Assembly (NCBI GenBank): GCA_950097015.1
Contig: CATNEN010000010.1
Location: forward strand, 3,100,001-3,164,000
DNA length: 64,000 nucleotides
From: Macrostomum hystrix
Taxonomy: Eukaryota > Animalia > Platyhelminthes
Direction of reading: 5' to 3'
Numbering within the stretch: position 1 is the first letter of the stretch; every line of letters begins with the position of its first letter. The notes under the pieces were generated by a model, which had not been told where the DNA came from, did not search any database, and saw only the letters and a list, made by a program, of their open reading frames with translations. A program made the translations under genes and the position numbers. Below, piece after piece: positions 1 to 13,234 of the stretch.

Positions 1-658
1 GTGACTGAGTCTGACCAGCTGGTGGGCAGCGGCAGTCTTGGTCCCAGCAGCAGCGGCCCGGCCTTTCGATTGCCAGGTGAGAGTCCCTTCGTTGTTCTTA
101 TTGTCTGTTATATATTACTTATATAGGTCGCAGATATCAGAGAGCTGCTACTCATTTATTTTTCAGTTAGGCGTTGCTATTGCTCCTATTTTTATGAGTA
201 GTGGTTAGAGCATCGGACATACGACTGGAAGGTCGCGGGTTCGATTCGTGTCTCCATTCGAACAATTCGTTGTTCTTTAGCAAGACACTTAAATCTGCAT
301 TGCTTCAGCTCACCCAGCTGTTAAATGGGTACCAGTATTAGCTGGGGTAATTGAGGGTGGGTGTGGCGTCCCCCAGTCCATGGACTGAACAGCCGTACGC
401 AGCCTTCAGATGCGCCGCGCAATAGCTGGGGGCAAGACAATATTTACAAAATAATCTTCACTCGACTTCTAATAAAAGGCTGTGCTTTAACTCGCATTTC
501 GGTATCAGCTAAATATGTTTTTGGACTCAAAAGGTCACCACATGGACAGCAGCAGCGGCTCAGTGCAGCAGCACCAGCAACAGATGCTCCATCGATCAGC
601 CTGTGGCGATGTTATCCCGCTTCCGTCTTTGTTTGTGCCCGACGGCTCAGGTTTGACG

Positions 659-696
<38 letters not shown>

Positions 697-799
697 GCCG
701 GCGGGTCACTCTGGAGACAGCGGCGCCACTGGCCAGTCCTCCGCCTTCAACAACAGTCTGGAATTCGAGGAGGAGTTTGACTGGGACAGCATCATCTGA
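1..799 (+). CDS. 3' end of a probable Forkhead FoxJ2/FoxJ3-family transcription factor (partial; exons 1-76 and 534-799)
   Basis: Open frame 1-76 ends CCAG|GTGAGA; acceptor AAAAG|GT at 533/534 restores phase 1. The terminal exon is poly-Q rich and ends EEEFDWDSII*, matching the FDWDSI C-terminal motif of FOXJ2/FOXJ3. The forkhead domain itself is outside the window. Confidence 0.55.
195..480 (+). mobile_element. tRNA-derived SINE in the FoxJ-like intron
   Basis: Pol III A-box-like TAGTGGTTAGAG and B-box GGTTCGATTC, followed by a SINE core-type segment (GCAAGACACTTAA...CTCACCCAGCTGTTAAATGGGTACC) and CCCCAGTCCATGGACTGAACAGC, which recurs reverse-complemented at ~44365-44395. No tRNA acceptor stem. 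Confidence 0.7.
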
Positions 800-1149
800 G
801 CATCTGAGAACAGGATGCCGGCAACGTGCTCACAGACCAAGCGAATGGCGCAAGCAACTCACAGAACTGCAAAATATCGCAATCAGAACAGCACTAGTGA
901 GATGTGACCAAGTTATTAATTTTATTTTTCTTGGACGCAGCAAATGCCAACCTGCCTGTCGACTTGCAATGCAAAATTTTGCTTTGAAACCATCTATCAC
1001 CAAAACTGTACAGATAATTTCCTTGGCTGTATAACTTTTGCTGATAGCTGTGCAACTTCTGTCAATTTTATTGTAAATTACAATGTCTCATTTGGATTCA
1101 TATTTATGTGCGATTGTAAATTTCTATGACCTTTGCTAGCGTAAAACGT

Positions 1150-1957
1150 CCCCCATCCCACACCCGTCATAGTCCCATCCCACACCTGTCATAGTCCCAT
1201 CCCACACCCATCATAATCCCATCCCACACCCATCATAGTCCCATCCCACACCCGTCATAGTCCCATCCCACACCCGTCATAATCCCATCCCACACCCATC
1301 ATAATCCCATCCCACACCCATCATAATCCCATCCCAAAACCATCATAATCCCATCCCACACCCGTCATAATCCCATCCCACACCCATCATAATCCCATCC
1401 CACACCCGTCATAGTCCCATCCCACACCCGTCATAGTCCCATCCCACACACATCATAATCCCATCCCACACATATTATAGTCCCATCCCACACCTATTAT
1501 AGTCCCATCCCACACATATTATAGTCCCATCCCACACATATTATAGTCCCATCCCACACATATTATAGTCCCATCCCACACATATTATAATCCCATCCCA
1601 CACATATTATAGTCCCATCCCACACATATTATAATCCCATCCCACACATATTATAGTCCCATCCCACACGTAGTATAGCCCCATCCCACACATATTATAG
1701 TCCCATCCCACACATTTTATAATCCCATCCCACACATATTATAATCCCATCCCACACATATTATAGTCCCATCCCACACCCATCATAGTCCCATCCCACA
1801 CCCATCATAGTCCCATCCCACACCCATCATAATCCCATCCCACACCTATTATCGTCCCGCCCCCCACACATATTATAATCCCATCCCACACATATTATAG
1901 TCCCATCCCACACATATTATAATCCCATCCCACACATATTATAGTCCCATCCCACAC
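1150..1957. repeat. 22-bp minisatellite (CCCATCCCACACCCGTCATAGT and variants)
   Basis: Directly visible tandem array; the variant type shifts from CCCRTCAT to ATATTAT along the array. Confidence 0.95.
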
Positions 1958-2330
1958 CATCTCAGCCTCATCTCGCGCCCATCGCAAGCTCAATCCGAGG
2001 TCCAAGGTGCATGAGCTTGAAGTTTCCCATTTAGGAATTCCCACCGTTCAGTCATGGAGAGCAGCTGCTTTTAAAAACACTCACCAAGGGCACACTTGGT
2101 TTTTCTGTTTCTTTTCGTTTGCTTTTTTACATTAATCTTATCATACGAGGCATTTTACCTCATTTCACGATTTCAATTTCATCTTCAATAGCTATTTCCT
2201 TTTAGACAAAGCCGTGTTGCTGTGCTTGATTATCTGTTTTGATTGTTACTGTCAGACATATTATTTGTTTAGGTGTGCTAAATGAGCTTCGCGGGAATAT
2301 TTTGGGAAAAAATCCTTTTTGAGACCCCTT

Positions 2331-3118
2331 TTAACAGGTCAGTGCTCTGACCTGTCTAACCTGTCTAACAGGTCAGAGAACTGTCTAACAGGTCAGAGAA
2401 TTGACTAACAGGTCAGAGCATTGTCTAACAGGTCAGAGCACTGTCTAATAGGTCAGAGAACTGTCTAACAGGTCAGAGCACTGTCTATCAGGTCAGAGCA
2501 CACTATCTAACAGGTCAGAGAACTGTCTAACATGTCAGAGCACTGTCTAACAAGTCATAGCACTGTCTAACAGGTCAGAGCACTGTCTAACAGGTCAGAG
2601 CACTGACTAACCGGTCAGAGCACTGTCTAACAGGTCAGAGAACTGTCTAACAGGTCAGAGCACTGACTAACAGGTCAGAGCACACTATCTAACAGGTCAG
2701 AGCACTGTCTAACAGGTCAGAGCACTGTCTAACATTTCAGAGAACTGTCTAACAGGTCAGAGCACTGTCTAACAAGTCATAGCACTGTCTAACAGGTCAG
2801 AGCACTGTCTAACAGGTCAGAGCACTGACTAACAGGTCAGAGCACACTATCTAACAGGTCAGAGCACTGACTAACAGGTCAGAGCACTGTCTAACAGGTC
2901 AGAGCACTGTCTAACAGGTCAGAGCACTGTCTATCAGGTCAGAGCACTGTCTAACAGGTCAGAGCACTGTCTATCAGGTCAGAGCACTATCTAACAGGTC
3001 AGAGCACACTATCTAACAGGTCAGAGCACTGTCTAACAGGTCAGAGCACTGTCTAACAGGTCAGAGCACTGTCTAACAGGTCAGAGCACTGTCTAACAGG
3101 TCAGAGCACTGCCTAACA
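2331..3118. repeat. 20-bp minisatellite (CTGTCTAACAGGTCAGAGCA)
   Basis: Tandem array with occasional 22-bp CACACTAT variants. Confidence 0.95.
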
Positions 3119-3763
3119 AATCAAGCCTGTCTTGTTTATTTCCAACCATTGAAACTGCAATTCGCCTCTAAATATTTGTAAATGTGTAAATATATTTTCT
3201 TTGCCTTGATTTCATATTGCTGTTTTATTCTGTATTCTGAATTTGTGCAGTGTTTAACCCATGCCTTCTTGTTTATTTTAGTGCCTGATATATTCTTCTG
3301 ATTTATTTTATTTATTTATTTGCTGCTGTAGAAAGCCTCTGATGGATGCCTTGATATCGATTTTTTCTCATCGTGTCTCCTTGTAGTCGCTTTTATTCTA
3401 TCTTTAGTAGCCTACTCAAACAGTAGTGTACTGAGAATGCGAATATTTATTTTTGTGATTTCTTCTCTGTGATGCTAGCCGCATGGCATTAGCTAATTGG
3501 TCTTGGCCTTAGATGAATTTTTCAGGTGTTTTTATCGCTCCTATAGCCAATGTTCTGTGTACCACTCAAGTTTTTGGAGCTTATTTAAATATATTTCTGC
3601 TTTTTAATAGAGTTATTGTTGCAGTACATTTATTGCAATGTTTAACAAAAATCTCAATAAACCAATAGGTAGCGACTGCGACACAAAACTAAAAGTAGAT
3701 TGAAATGCGAACTCGATTTCATAGTTTTTATTTATTTTCGGAAAATTTTCTGACATCTCATAT

Positions 3764-4750
3764 GCTGACACATTAATCAGCTACCTGACACTTATTTCAG
3801 CTACCTGACACTTTTATCAGTTAACTGACACTTTGATAAGCTACCTGACATCTTTATAAGCTACCTGACACTTCTTTTAGCTGCCTGACATCTTTATCAA
3901 CTACCTGACATCTTTATCAACTACCTGACACTTCTTTTAGCTGCCTGACATCTTTATCAACTACCTGACACTTCTTTTAGCTGCCTGACATCTTTATCAA
4001 CTACCTGACACTTCTTTTAGCTGCCTGACATCTTTATCAACTACCTGACACTTCTTTTAGCTGCCTGACATCTTTATCAACTACCTGACACTTCTTTTAG
4101 CTGCCTGACATCTTTATCAACTACCTGACACTTCTTTTAGCTGCCTGACATCTTTATCAACTACCTGACACTTTTTTAGCTACCTGACATCTTTATCAAC
4201 TACCTGACACTTCTTTTAGCTGCCTGACATCTTTATCAACTACCTGACACTTCTTTTAGCTACCTGACATCTTTATCAACTACCTGACACTTCTTTTAGC
4301 TGCCTGACATCTTTATCAACTACCTGACAATTCTTTTAGCTACCTGATATCTTTATCAACTACCTGACACTTCTTTTAGCTACCTGACATCTTTATCAAC
4401 TACCTGACACTTCTTTTAGCTGCCTGACATCTTTATCAACTACCTGACACTTTTTTTAGCTACCTGACATCTTTATCAGCTACCTGACACTTCTTTTAGC
4501 TACCTGACATCTTTATCAGCTACCTGAAACTTTGATAAGCTACCTGACATATTTATAAGCTACCTGACACTTCTTTCAGCTACCTGAAACTTTGATAAGC
4601 TACCTGACATATTTATAAGCTACCTGACACTTCTTTCAGCTACCTGACACTTCTTTCAGCTACCTGACACTTCTTTCAGCTACCTGACACTTTGATAAGC
4701 TACCGGACATCTTTATAAGCTCCCTGACACCTCGTTTAGCTTCCTGAAGC
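3764..4750. repeat. 20-bp minisatellite with 40-bp dimeric organisation (CTACCTGACATCTTTATCAA / CTRCCTGACACTTCTTTTAG), array 1
   Basis: Alternating A/B monomers in the centre, degenerate monomers at both edges. Confidence 0.95.
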
Positions 4751-4912
4751 TTTTTAATCAGATTTAAATTTTGTTTTCGGATACTTAACAGTTTAGAAAA
4801 TTAAAGCAGCATTTGCCAATGAGCAATGGGCTTTGTGTTTCATAGGGCTCCAGTATTTTATTAATGAATGTTCCAGTCGCTACTCAGTCGGTAACAGATG
4901 TCGCCTTTGCCG

Positions 4913-5034
4913 GCAGTCTGAGCAGTCTGAGCAGTCTGAGCAGTCTGAGCAGTCTGAGCAGTCTGAGCAGTCTGAGCAGTCTGAGCAGTCTGAGCAGTCT
5001 GAGCAGTCTGAGCAGTCTGAGCAGTCTGAGCAGT
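4913..5034. repeat. 9-bp repeat (AGTCTGAGC)n in the 3' UTR of the EH-like gene
   Basis: About 13 perfect copies just past the stop codon of the minus-strand peptide gene. Confidence 0.95.
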
Positions 5035-5045
5035 CAAGTCCAGCC

Positions 5046-5410
5046 TCACTGCACCAGCCGCATGATTGGACAGTCGGTTGTGGCCTGCTTAGGTAGGACG
5101 CCCGATTTCAGCAGGTCTTTCAGGCACCAAGTGTTGGCGCAGTGAAGCAACTCAACAGTCTGGGAGGTGGGCAAATGATGGCGAGCTGTTGATACCTGAG
5201 CTACTGAAAGCAGAGTGGAATCTGGCGCAATTTTACCTGGGCCGGAGTCCTGAAGCAGTGATTGCAAAAGTACAGGCACCTCTGCCAGGGCTGCATCATT
5301 GGGAACAAGTCCATGGGCATCAGCTCGTCCTTCTCCTCTTGAACTGCTGGCGGAGCCGCTGCGGCAGCGGCAGCCAGGGCCAGCAGAAGCCAGAGGTTCA
5401 GGCCGATCAT
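5046..5410 (-). CDS. Secreted 6-cysteine peptide precursor, eclosion-hormone-like (exons 5410-5237 and 5195-5046; 107 aa)
   Basis: Signal peptide MIGLNLWLLLALAAAAAAA. A 41-nt phase-0 intron (CAG|GTAAAA...CTCAG|) joins RCLYFCNHCF to LHCANTWC...TTDCP, giving C-x3-C-x2-C...C-x4-C...C, close to the eclosion hormone pattern C-x3-C-x2-C...C-x3-C...C. Confidence 0.6.
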
Positions 5411-5839
5411 TGTGCTGCAGTTGATAAGGCTTTGTTTATTTGTCAGAGAGACCGTCTGTCAGCTTCGGTGCCTTGAGATCCAGCTGAATGAGAGCAGCCT
5501 CAGCTGTCCCCAGGCTCAGCTTTATAGGCGCTCAAGAGAAATTATCGCACCTGAGCAATCTTCCCACCCTGAGGGCGAACCTGCCGGAAGGGGGATCAAT
5601 CTTGGGATATTTCAGTCAGATCCATTCGAAAATCTCTTGCGAGGCGGTGCTGAAATCTTCGCACTTCCTTCCGACATTTTTCAAATTTGAGAAAACTGCT
5701 TTGACTTGTCAGTCAGCCTCGGCGCCGAACCAGAAAATGAGCAGGCTCATGGCTGAACATGACTTGAAAATTGCTAGTCAGCCATAGCCTCGGGATAGTT
5801 CTCCCATGTTTTCTGGGACCCAACTCTCGCGCCAATGTC

Positions 5840-5990
5840 CCAGCCGCGGAGAGATGGCTTGGGGCTTGTCGTGAAATTTGAGGGCCAACCTCCAAGGCAC
5901 AGTGAGAGTGTACACTGCCTGACGATGTGAAAGTCAGGGGCAGGTGTACACACCTGTGTGTGTGTGCGGATAGTATCTGTGGGTAGCGAG
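5840..5990 (+). other. Dispersed structured element, copy 1 (homologous to 12679-12850)
   Basis: About 150 bp alignable by eye with 12679-12850; contains the hairpin GTGTACACTGCCTGAC-loop-GTCAGGGGCAGGTGTACAC. Confidence 0.7.
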
Positions 5991-6427
5991 CGGGTCGACT
6001 GAAAGATCAGCAACGTCTGACTTTTGTTTCAACAATTTGGTTGAAGTTTTTAATTTTTAGTTTTTACCATAGACTATTCTCTCTGAATAGTCTATGGTAA
6101 AACCTGTATTCTTGATTGAACTATAGTTCAGCCAAATTAGTTTAATTTCGCTGCTTCGGTGAAAGTCCATGGCTTAAAGTTAAAGACTTAAACTTAAACT
6201 TAGACTTCTTAATTCTTAATCGTCACATAGACAAAGCCTACTAGCAATGCTTCTGATTGTCACACGTTCAATATGCGTTGACCATAGACTATGGTCTGAT
6301 TGATTTATTTCAGTGCTCTAACTTCAACCCAAAAAATCCAAGAAAAACACGAAACAAAGCAAACAGTGTGTTAGGAGCTTGAAATGGAAACAAGGAACAG
6401 CGTTCAACCAGATTTAGTGTTTGTGCT

Positions 6428-7159
6428 ACCTGATATCTTTATCAACTACCTGACACTTCTTTTAGCTACCTGACATCTTTATCAACTACCTGACACTTCT
6501 TTTAGCTGCCTGACATCTTTATCAACTACCTGACACTTCTTTTAGCTACCTGACATCTTTATCAACTACCTGACACTTCTTTTAGCTGCCTGACATCTTT
6601 ATCAACTACCTGACACTTCTTTTAGCTGCCTGACATCTTTATCAACTACCTGACACTTCTTTTAGCTGCCTGACATCTTTATCAACTACCTGACACTTCT
6701 TTTAGCTACCTGACATCTTTATCAACTACCTGACACTTCTTTTAGCTGCCTGACATCTTTATCAACTACCTGACACTTCTTTTAGCTACCTGACATCTTT
6801 ATCAACTACCTGACACTTCTTTTAGCTGCCTGACATCTTTATCAACTACCTGACACTTCTTTTAGCTACCTGACATCTTTATCAACTACCTGACACTTCT
6901 TTTAGCTGCCTGACATCTTTATCAACTACCTGACACTTCTTTTAGCTACCTGACATCTTTATCAACTACCTGACACTTCTTTTAGCTGCCTGACATCTTT
7001 ATCAACTACCTGACACTTTTTTTAGCTACCTGACATCTTTATCAACTACCTGACACTTCTTTTAGCTGCCTGACATCTTTATCAACTACCTGACACTTCT
7101 TTTAGCTGCCTGACATCTTTATCAACTACCTGACACTTTTTTTAGCTACCTGACATCTT
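6428..7159. repeat. 20/40-bp minisatellite, array 2 (same family and orientation as 3764-4750)
   Basis: Same A/B monomers, very homogeneous; starts with the rare GATATC variant also seen at ~4345. Confidence 0.95.
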
Positions 7160-7517
7160 TGTCCATGACATCACCGCACAGTTTGTCCATTTTATACTTT
7201 CTTTCACTTTCACTTATTGAAATTGATGGTGCAGTTCTCAAAGTGGCAGTTGGAAAACAGTGACGAATTTGTGTTTTCACACACAGATGCTTTTTATGGC
7301 TGGTGACGCTCTCGTTTGAGGTGGAAACACTCGTACCGGTGTTGACGTTTACAGGTCGAGAGCAGCACCCGCAGTAGTCGCCATTCTGTAAATGGCGCCG
7401 TCACGCTGCCTAGAAAGATATCGCCGCACGGTCGTCTCCAGATAGAGCAACTATTGATCGGACTTACCTTCGCTGTCCGTTTATTCAAGGAGACAATTCC
7501 CTTCGGCGCAACTGCTT

Positions 7518-10301
<2,784 letters not shown>

Positions 10302-10302
10302 A

Positions 10303-10620
10303 GCCTGAGCCAACTCGCTCCCGGCATGACCCGCTCCTGCCAGCTGCTGCTCTTGCTCAGCACCGACGCCAGCTTCGGCGACTTCCGCCTCGATGAGTGC
10401 CCCTCCGAGCAGGCCAGACGCGAACTCCTGACCGTCCTGCACACTGAGCGGCACCGGATCTGGCGGCTGCACCTCGCTGACGGCGGGCCGAGCCTCGGCG
10501 ACCCGTCGGCGCAGCTGGGGCCGGCAGCCGATGACAGGCTCTCGCGTGCGGCTGGACGACTCGGCCGAGTCGGCGGCCAAGCGGCTGATCGGCGAGCTGC
10601 GGTCAGTGGAGTTGAGCTCC
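10303..10620 (+). pseudogene. Inverted, frameshifted partial duplicate of the SEFIR/TIR-like coding region at ~15005-15334
   Basis: Encodes [31 protein letters not shown]...DDRL, nearly identical to the minus-strand gene, then a 4-bp insertion (CTCTCGCGTGCGG vs CTCGTGCGG) and a deletion near the 3' end. No start codon or splice acceptor of its own. Confidence 0.85.
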
Positions 10621-11349
10621 GAGCTTCGATTGTGACTGGACCCCTCTGACAAACCCGCTGACAGCCATTTCTGCTGATGATCAAAAAACTTTATGAGTAT
10701 CACAGACGCAATTCTCTTTTGCTTGCTGCAAGTGCATTGCTTCAGTTTTACACCGCAGTTAGCTGCTTGATTAACAGCCTCCTCTGAGAACAGCCTCCTC
10801 TGAGAACAGCCTCCTCTGAGAACAGCCTCCTCATAGTCTTTAGCACGCATTACTGATTAGATTAGAAACATTTTTTTAGTGTCGAGGTTAATTTCGAATA
10901 GCCAAAAAAGTGGTTAACACTGAAATCTGTTTTTAGCTGCAAAATTAATTTTAGCAATCGAATCATACAATGAAATCCTTTTCCGTGACTAAATGTCTTA
11001 CATTTTCTTTCTATTTAATGTTTAGCTTAAAATAAGGCAAAATGTTTTAAGTTGCGGAAGTACTTTGTTATTCTAAGGGCCGCAATATCTGTTCACACCT
11101 TTCACTCAGCCGCAGCCACAGCCGCTAAAATGATGCCTCATCTAGAAATGTGACACTGTGGGCTTTATTTAGCAGTTATGGAAAGTGAGAGTTACTAATA
11201 TTCAGGACGTTCCACCCGCTAATGACACGACTGTACAAAATAATCAATATAAATATCATGCATGCGAGTCTGCGGTTTTCAATCTACGGTACTGAACCAG
11301 TCTCCATAAGACACAGATGCAGCATTGCCATCTGCAAGAACTGCCCACA

Positions 11350-12150
11350 ATGTCTGCAACTTTAAAGTTTCCGCTGCTGCTGCCGCTGCCGCTGCTGCTG
11401 CTGCCGCTTCTGCTGCTGACTGCGGAGCTGCGCCATGTCCCCGCTGAGAAAATCTGCGGCTGGGGCGCATCAAGTGAGACCACACCGTATGCCGTGATTG
11501 ACAGAAAGTGCGATCAAAGCCACGACTCGATGTACAACCAGGACCAAGACCCAGATGAGAATAGAGAACGGGTCTGTTACGACTATTTCTCTGAAGTCAA
11601 CTTGACGACCGCGTTCGGCCTGCCCGCAGCGCTGCCCGCTAAGCGCCTGCAGTCGGAGTGCCGATGCAACCGGAGCGCCATCAAGAAAATGGCCTCCGAG
11701 CTGCTGCTGGACTGCCGGAAGGCCCGCCTGCCTGCTTCATTTTTTGCTGCTGTGGGCAACGGTACGAAGCTGGAGCTGAGAACTGAGCTCTTTGATGTCG
11801 GCTGCGTGACTCTGCACAATCGATCGGCACCGTCGCCGCCGGAGCGCCTGACGGCCGCGGACCTGCAGAGCATCAACGCCATGCTGGGCTGCGGCAGCTA
11901 TCTTTACCAGCAGTTCAGCTGCAACAGCAAGTTCAGCAAGCTCCAGTCGCAGCCGAACTTCGTTATCAACGCCGATGACGAACGGCTGCCGCGGCTGATG
12001 CCGGATGTCCGCTGTCCGTGTCCAGAACAGGAGCCAGTCCAGATGCCCATCTGGGTGCTCAAGACCGTGGACTACGGCAAATTGGAGCTTGGCTTCGCGA
12101 GGCTCGGAGTGTCCTGCGCCGTCCCAGCCAATCGCAGCGGCTCTGGCTGA
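11350..12150 (+). CDS. Secreted IL-17-family cystine-knot protein, intronless, apparently with two tandem IL-17-like domains (upstream in-frame ATG at 11317)
   Basis: Hydrophobic signal peptide after MSATLK. The C-terminal INADDERLPRLMPDVRCPC...EPVQMPIWVLK...RLGVSCAV matches the IL-17 pattern (D-x-N-R-x-P-x3-E-A-x-C-x-C...P-V-x4-V-L...V-x-V-G-C). A similar module RLQSECRC...KLELRTELFDVGCVT lies upstream. Confidence 0.65.
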   Translation: MSATLKFPLLLPLPLLLLPLLLLTAELRHVPAEKICGWGASSETTPYAVIDRKCDQSHDSMYNQDQDPDENRERVCYDYFSEVNLTTAFGLPAALPAKRLQSECRCNRSAIKKMASELLLDCRKARLPASFFAAVGNGTKLELRTELFDVGCVTLHNRSAPSPPERLTAADLQSINAMLGCGSYLYQQFSCNSKFSKLQSQPNFVINADDERLPRLMPDVRCPCPEQEPVQMPIWVLKTVDYGKLELGFARLGVSCAVPANRSGSG

Positions 12151-12446
12151 CCAGCTACAATTGTTAACCCCCCAGCAGCCATAGACAATACAAAACTTTA
12201 TTTTCAATATTACGAGCTAGCTTTCATATCCAGAGTGAAAATAAAAGCAAAAATATACCTTTTTGCAATCTAGTTTCCCAAAACTGCAATCAATTTTGCC
12301 CACGGAGAGAATTGACTTGTATATTTCTAATATCTTGGCTCAACCTGCCCATTCATTGCCATATAGTAACAAAACCACTTTGCCTACTATATGTGTTTTT
12401 TAATTATTTCTTTTTTAGAACAGCTTTTCTAGAGGTCACTTCACAA

Positions 12447-12630
12447 CTACTCTATCCCCAGCTGTAGAGTGCCGGCCAATCAGAATGGACCGGTCCGGGC
12501 CAGACACCAACCACCCCACCATCTCTACCCCGAGCTCTAGAGTTCCGGCCAATCAGAATGGACCGGTCCAGGCCAGACACCAACCACCCCGCCAACTCTA
12601 CCCCGAGCTCTGGAGTTGCGGCCAATAAGA
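12447..12630 (+). repeat. 73-bp tandem repeat (~2.5 copies), each unit carrying a GGCCAAT(CAG) CCAAT box
   Basis: GGCCAAT at 12474, 12547 and 12620 (73-bp spacing); units 1 and 2 are almost identical. Confidence 0.8.
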
Positions 12631-12678
12631 ATGCGATATGGGCTAACTATTTTTCTTTGGCAAACATTCATTTGCGGC

Positions 12679-12850
12679 GCAGCCGAGGAGAGAATTGGCT
12701 TGTGGGCTTGTCGTGCAATTTATGCCATCGAGGGGCAAACTCCAAGCAACATGCAGTGATAGTGTATATCGCCTGATGATAATAAAGTCAGGGCGGATGG
12801 ACACTCCTCTGTTAGTGTGTGACTCCGTACGGTATCTGTGTGCGTGTGTG
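12679..12850 (+). other. Dispersed structured element, copy 2 (homologous to 5840-5990)
   Basis: AGTGTATATCGCCTGAT-loop-GTCAGGGCGGATGGACACT hairpin; shares CAGCCG-GGAGAG, GGCTTGTCGTG-AATTT and GAGG-CTCCAAG blocks with copy 1. Confidence 0.7.
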
Positions 12851-13234
12851 CTCAGTTGTCAGCGGAATAGGCTTAAATCGAATGTCACTTTCACGCACTC
12901 TATTGCTGTTTCAGTTATTTAGTTTGAATTATTTTATTTTTTCTTATTTTTTATTATTCATAATTTTTATTTGCGCAGTTTATTTCAGTCCGCTACAGCT
13001 ACCAAACCCAGGGTAGGACACCGACCCCGGTGATTAGGCGCAGTACGAATTCGTGTATAGGGGTGTATGAAATACACTAGCTCTTAAGGAAAAATCTGAC
13101 CTTCAGTCAGAACCGCTGACGGCTTGATTATTGTTTCAAAATACACAATTTGAGTTTCGTACGCTTGCGTTGCTTGTCAGGGGGGGCAATTCTCCCTTTG
13201 GTAGCTCTACTGTTAAGATTTCGTCCCTCTACAC

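Noticed and set aside
195-260. Possible tRNA gene
   Set aside because: A and B boxes are present but no complete cloverleaf or acceptor stem; it continues into SINE body sequence.
361-780. 139-aa poly-Ala ORF
   Set aside because: It begins inside the SINE and overlaps the frame that carries the FDWDSII motif and fits the upstream splice phase.
5915-5945. CTGACGA...GAAA-GTC resembling a hammerhead ribozyme core
   Set aside because: There is no room for stems II and III, the second copy lacks GAAA, and CTGAC simply pairs with GTCAG in the hairpin.
7260-7517. GC-balanced, exon-like segment with GTAAGT and TTTCTAG splice-like sites
   Set aside because: No frame gave a recognisable protein or a consistent exon chain; left unannotated.
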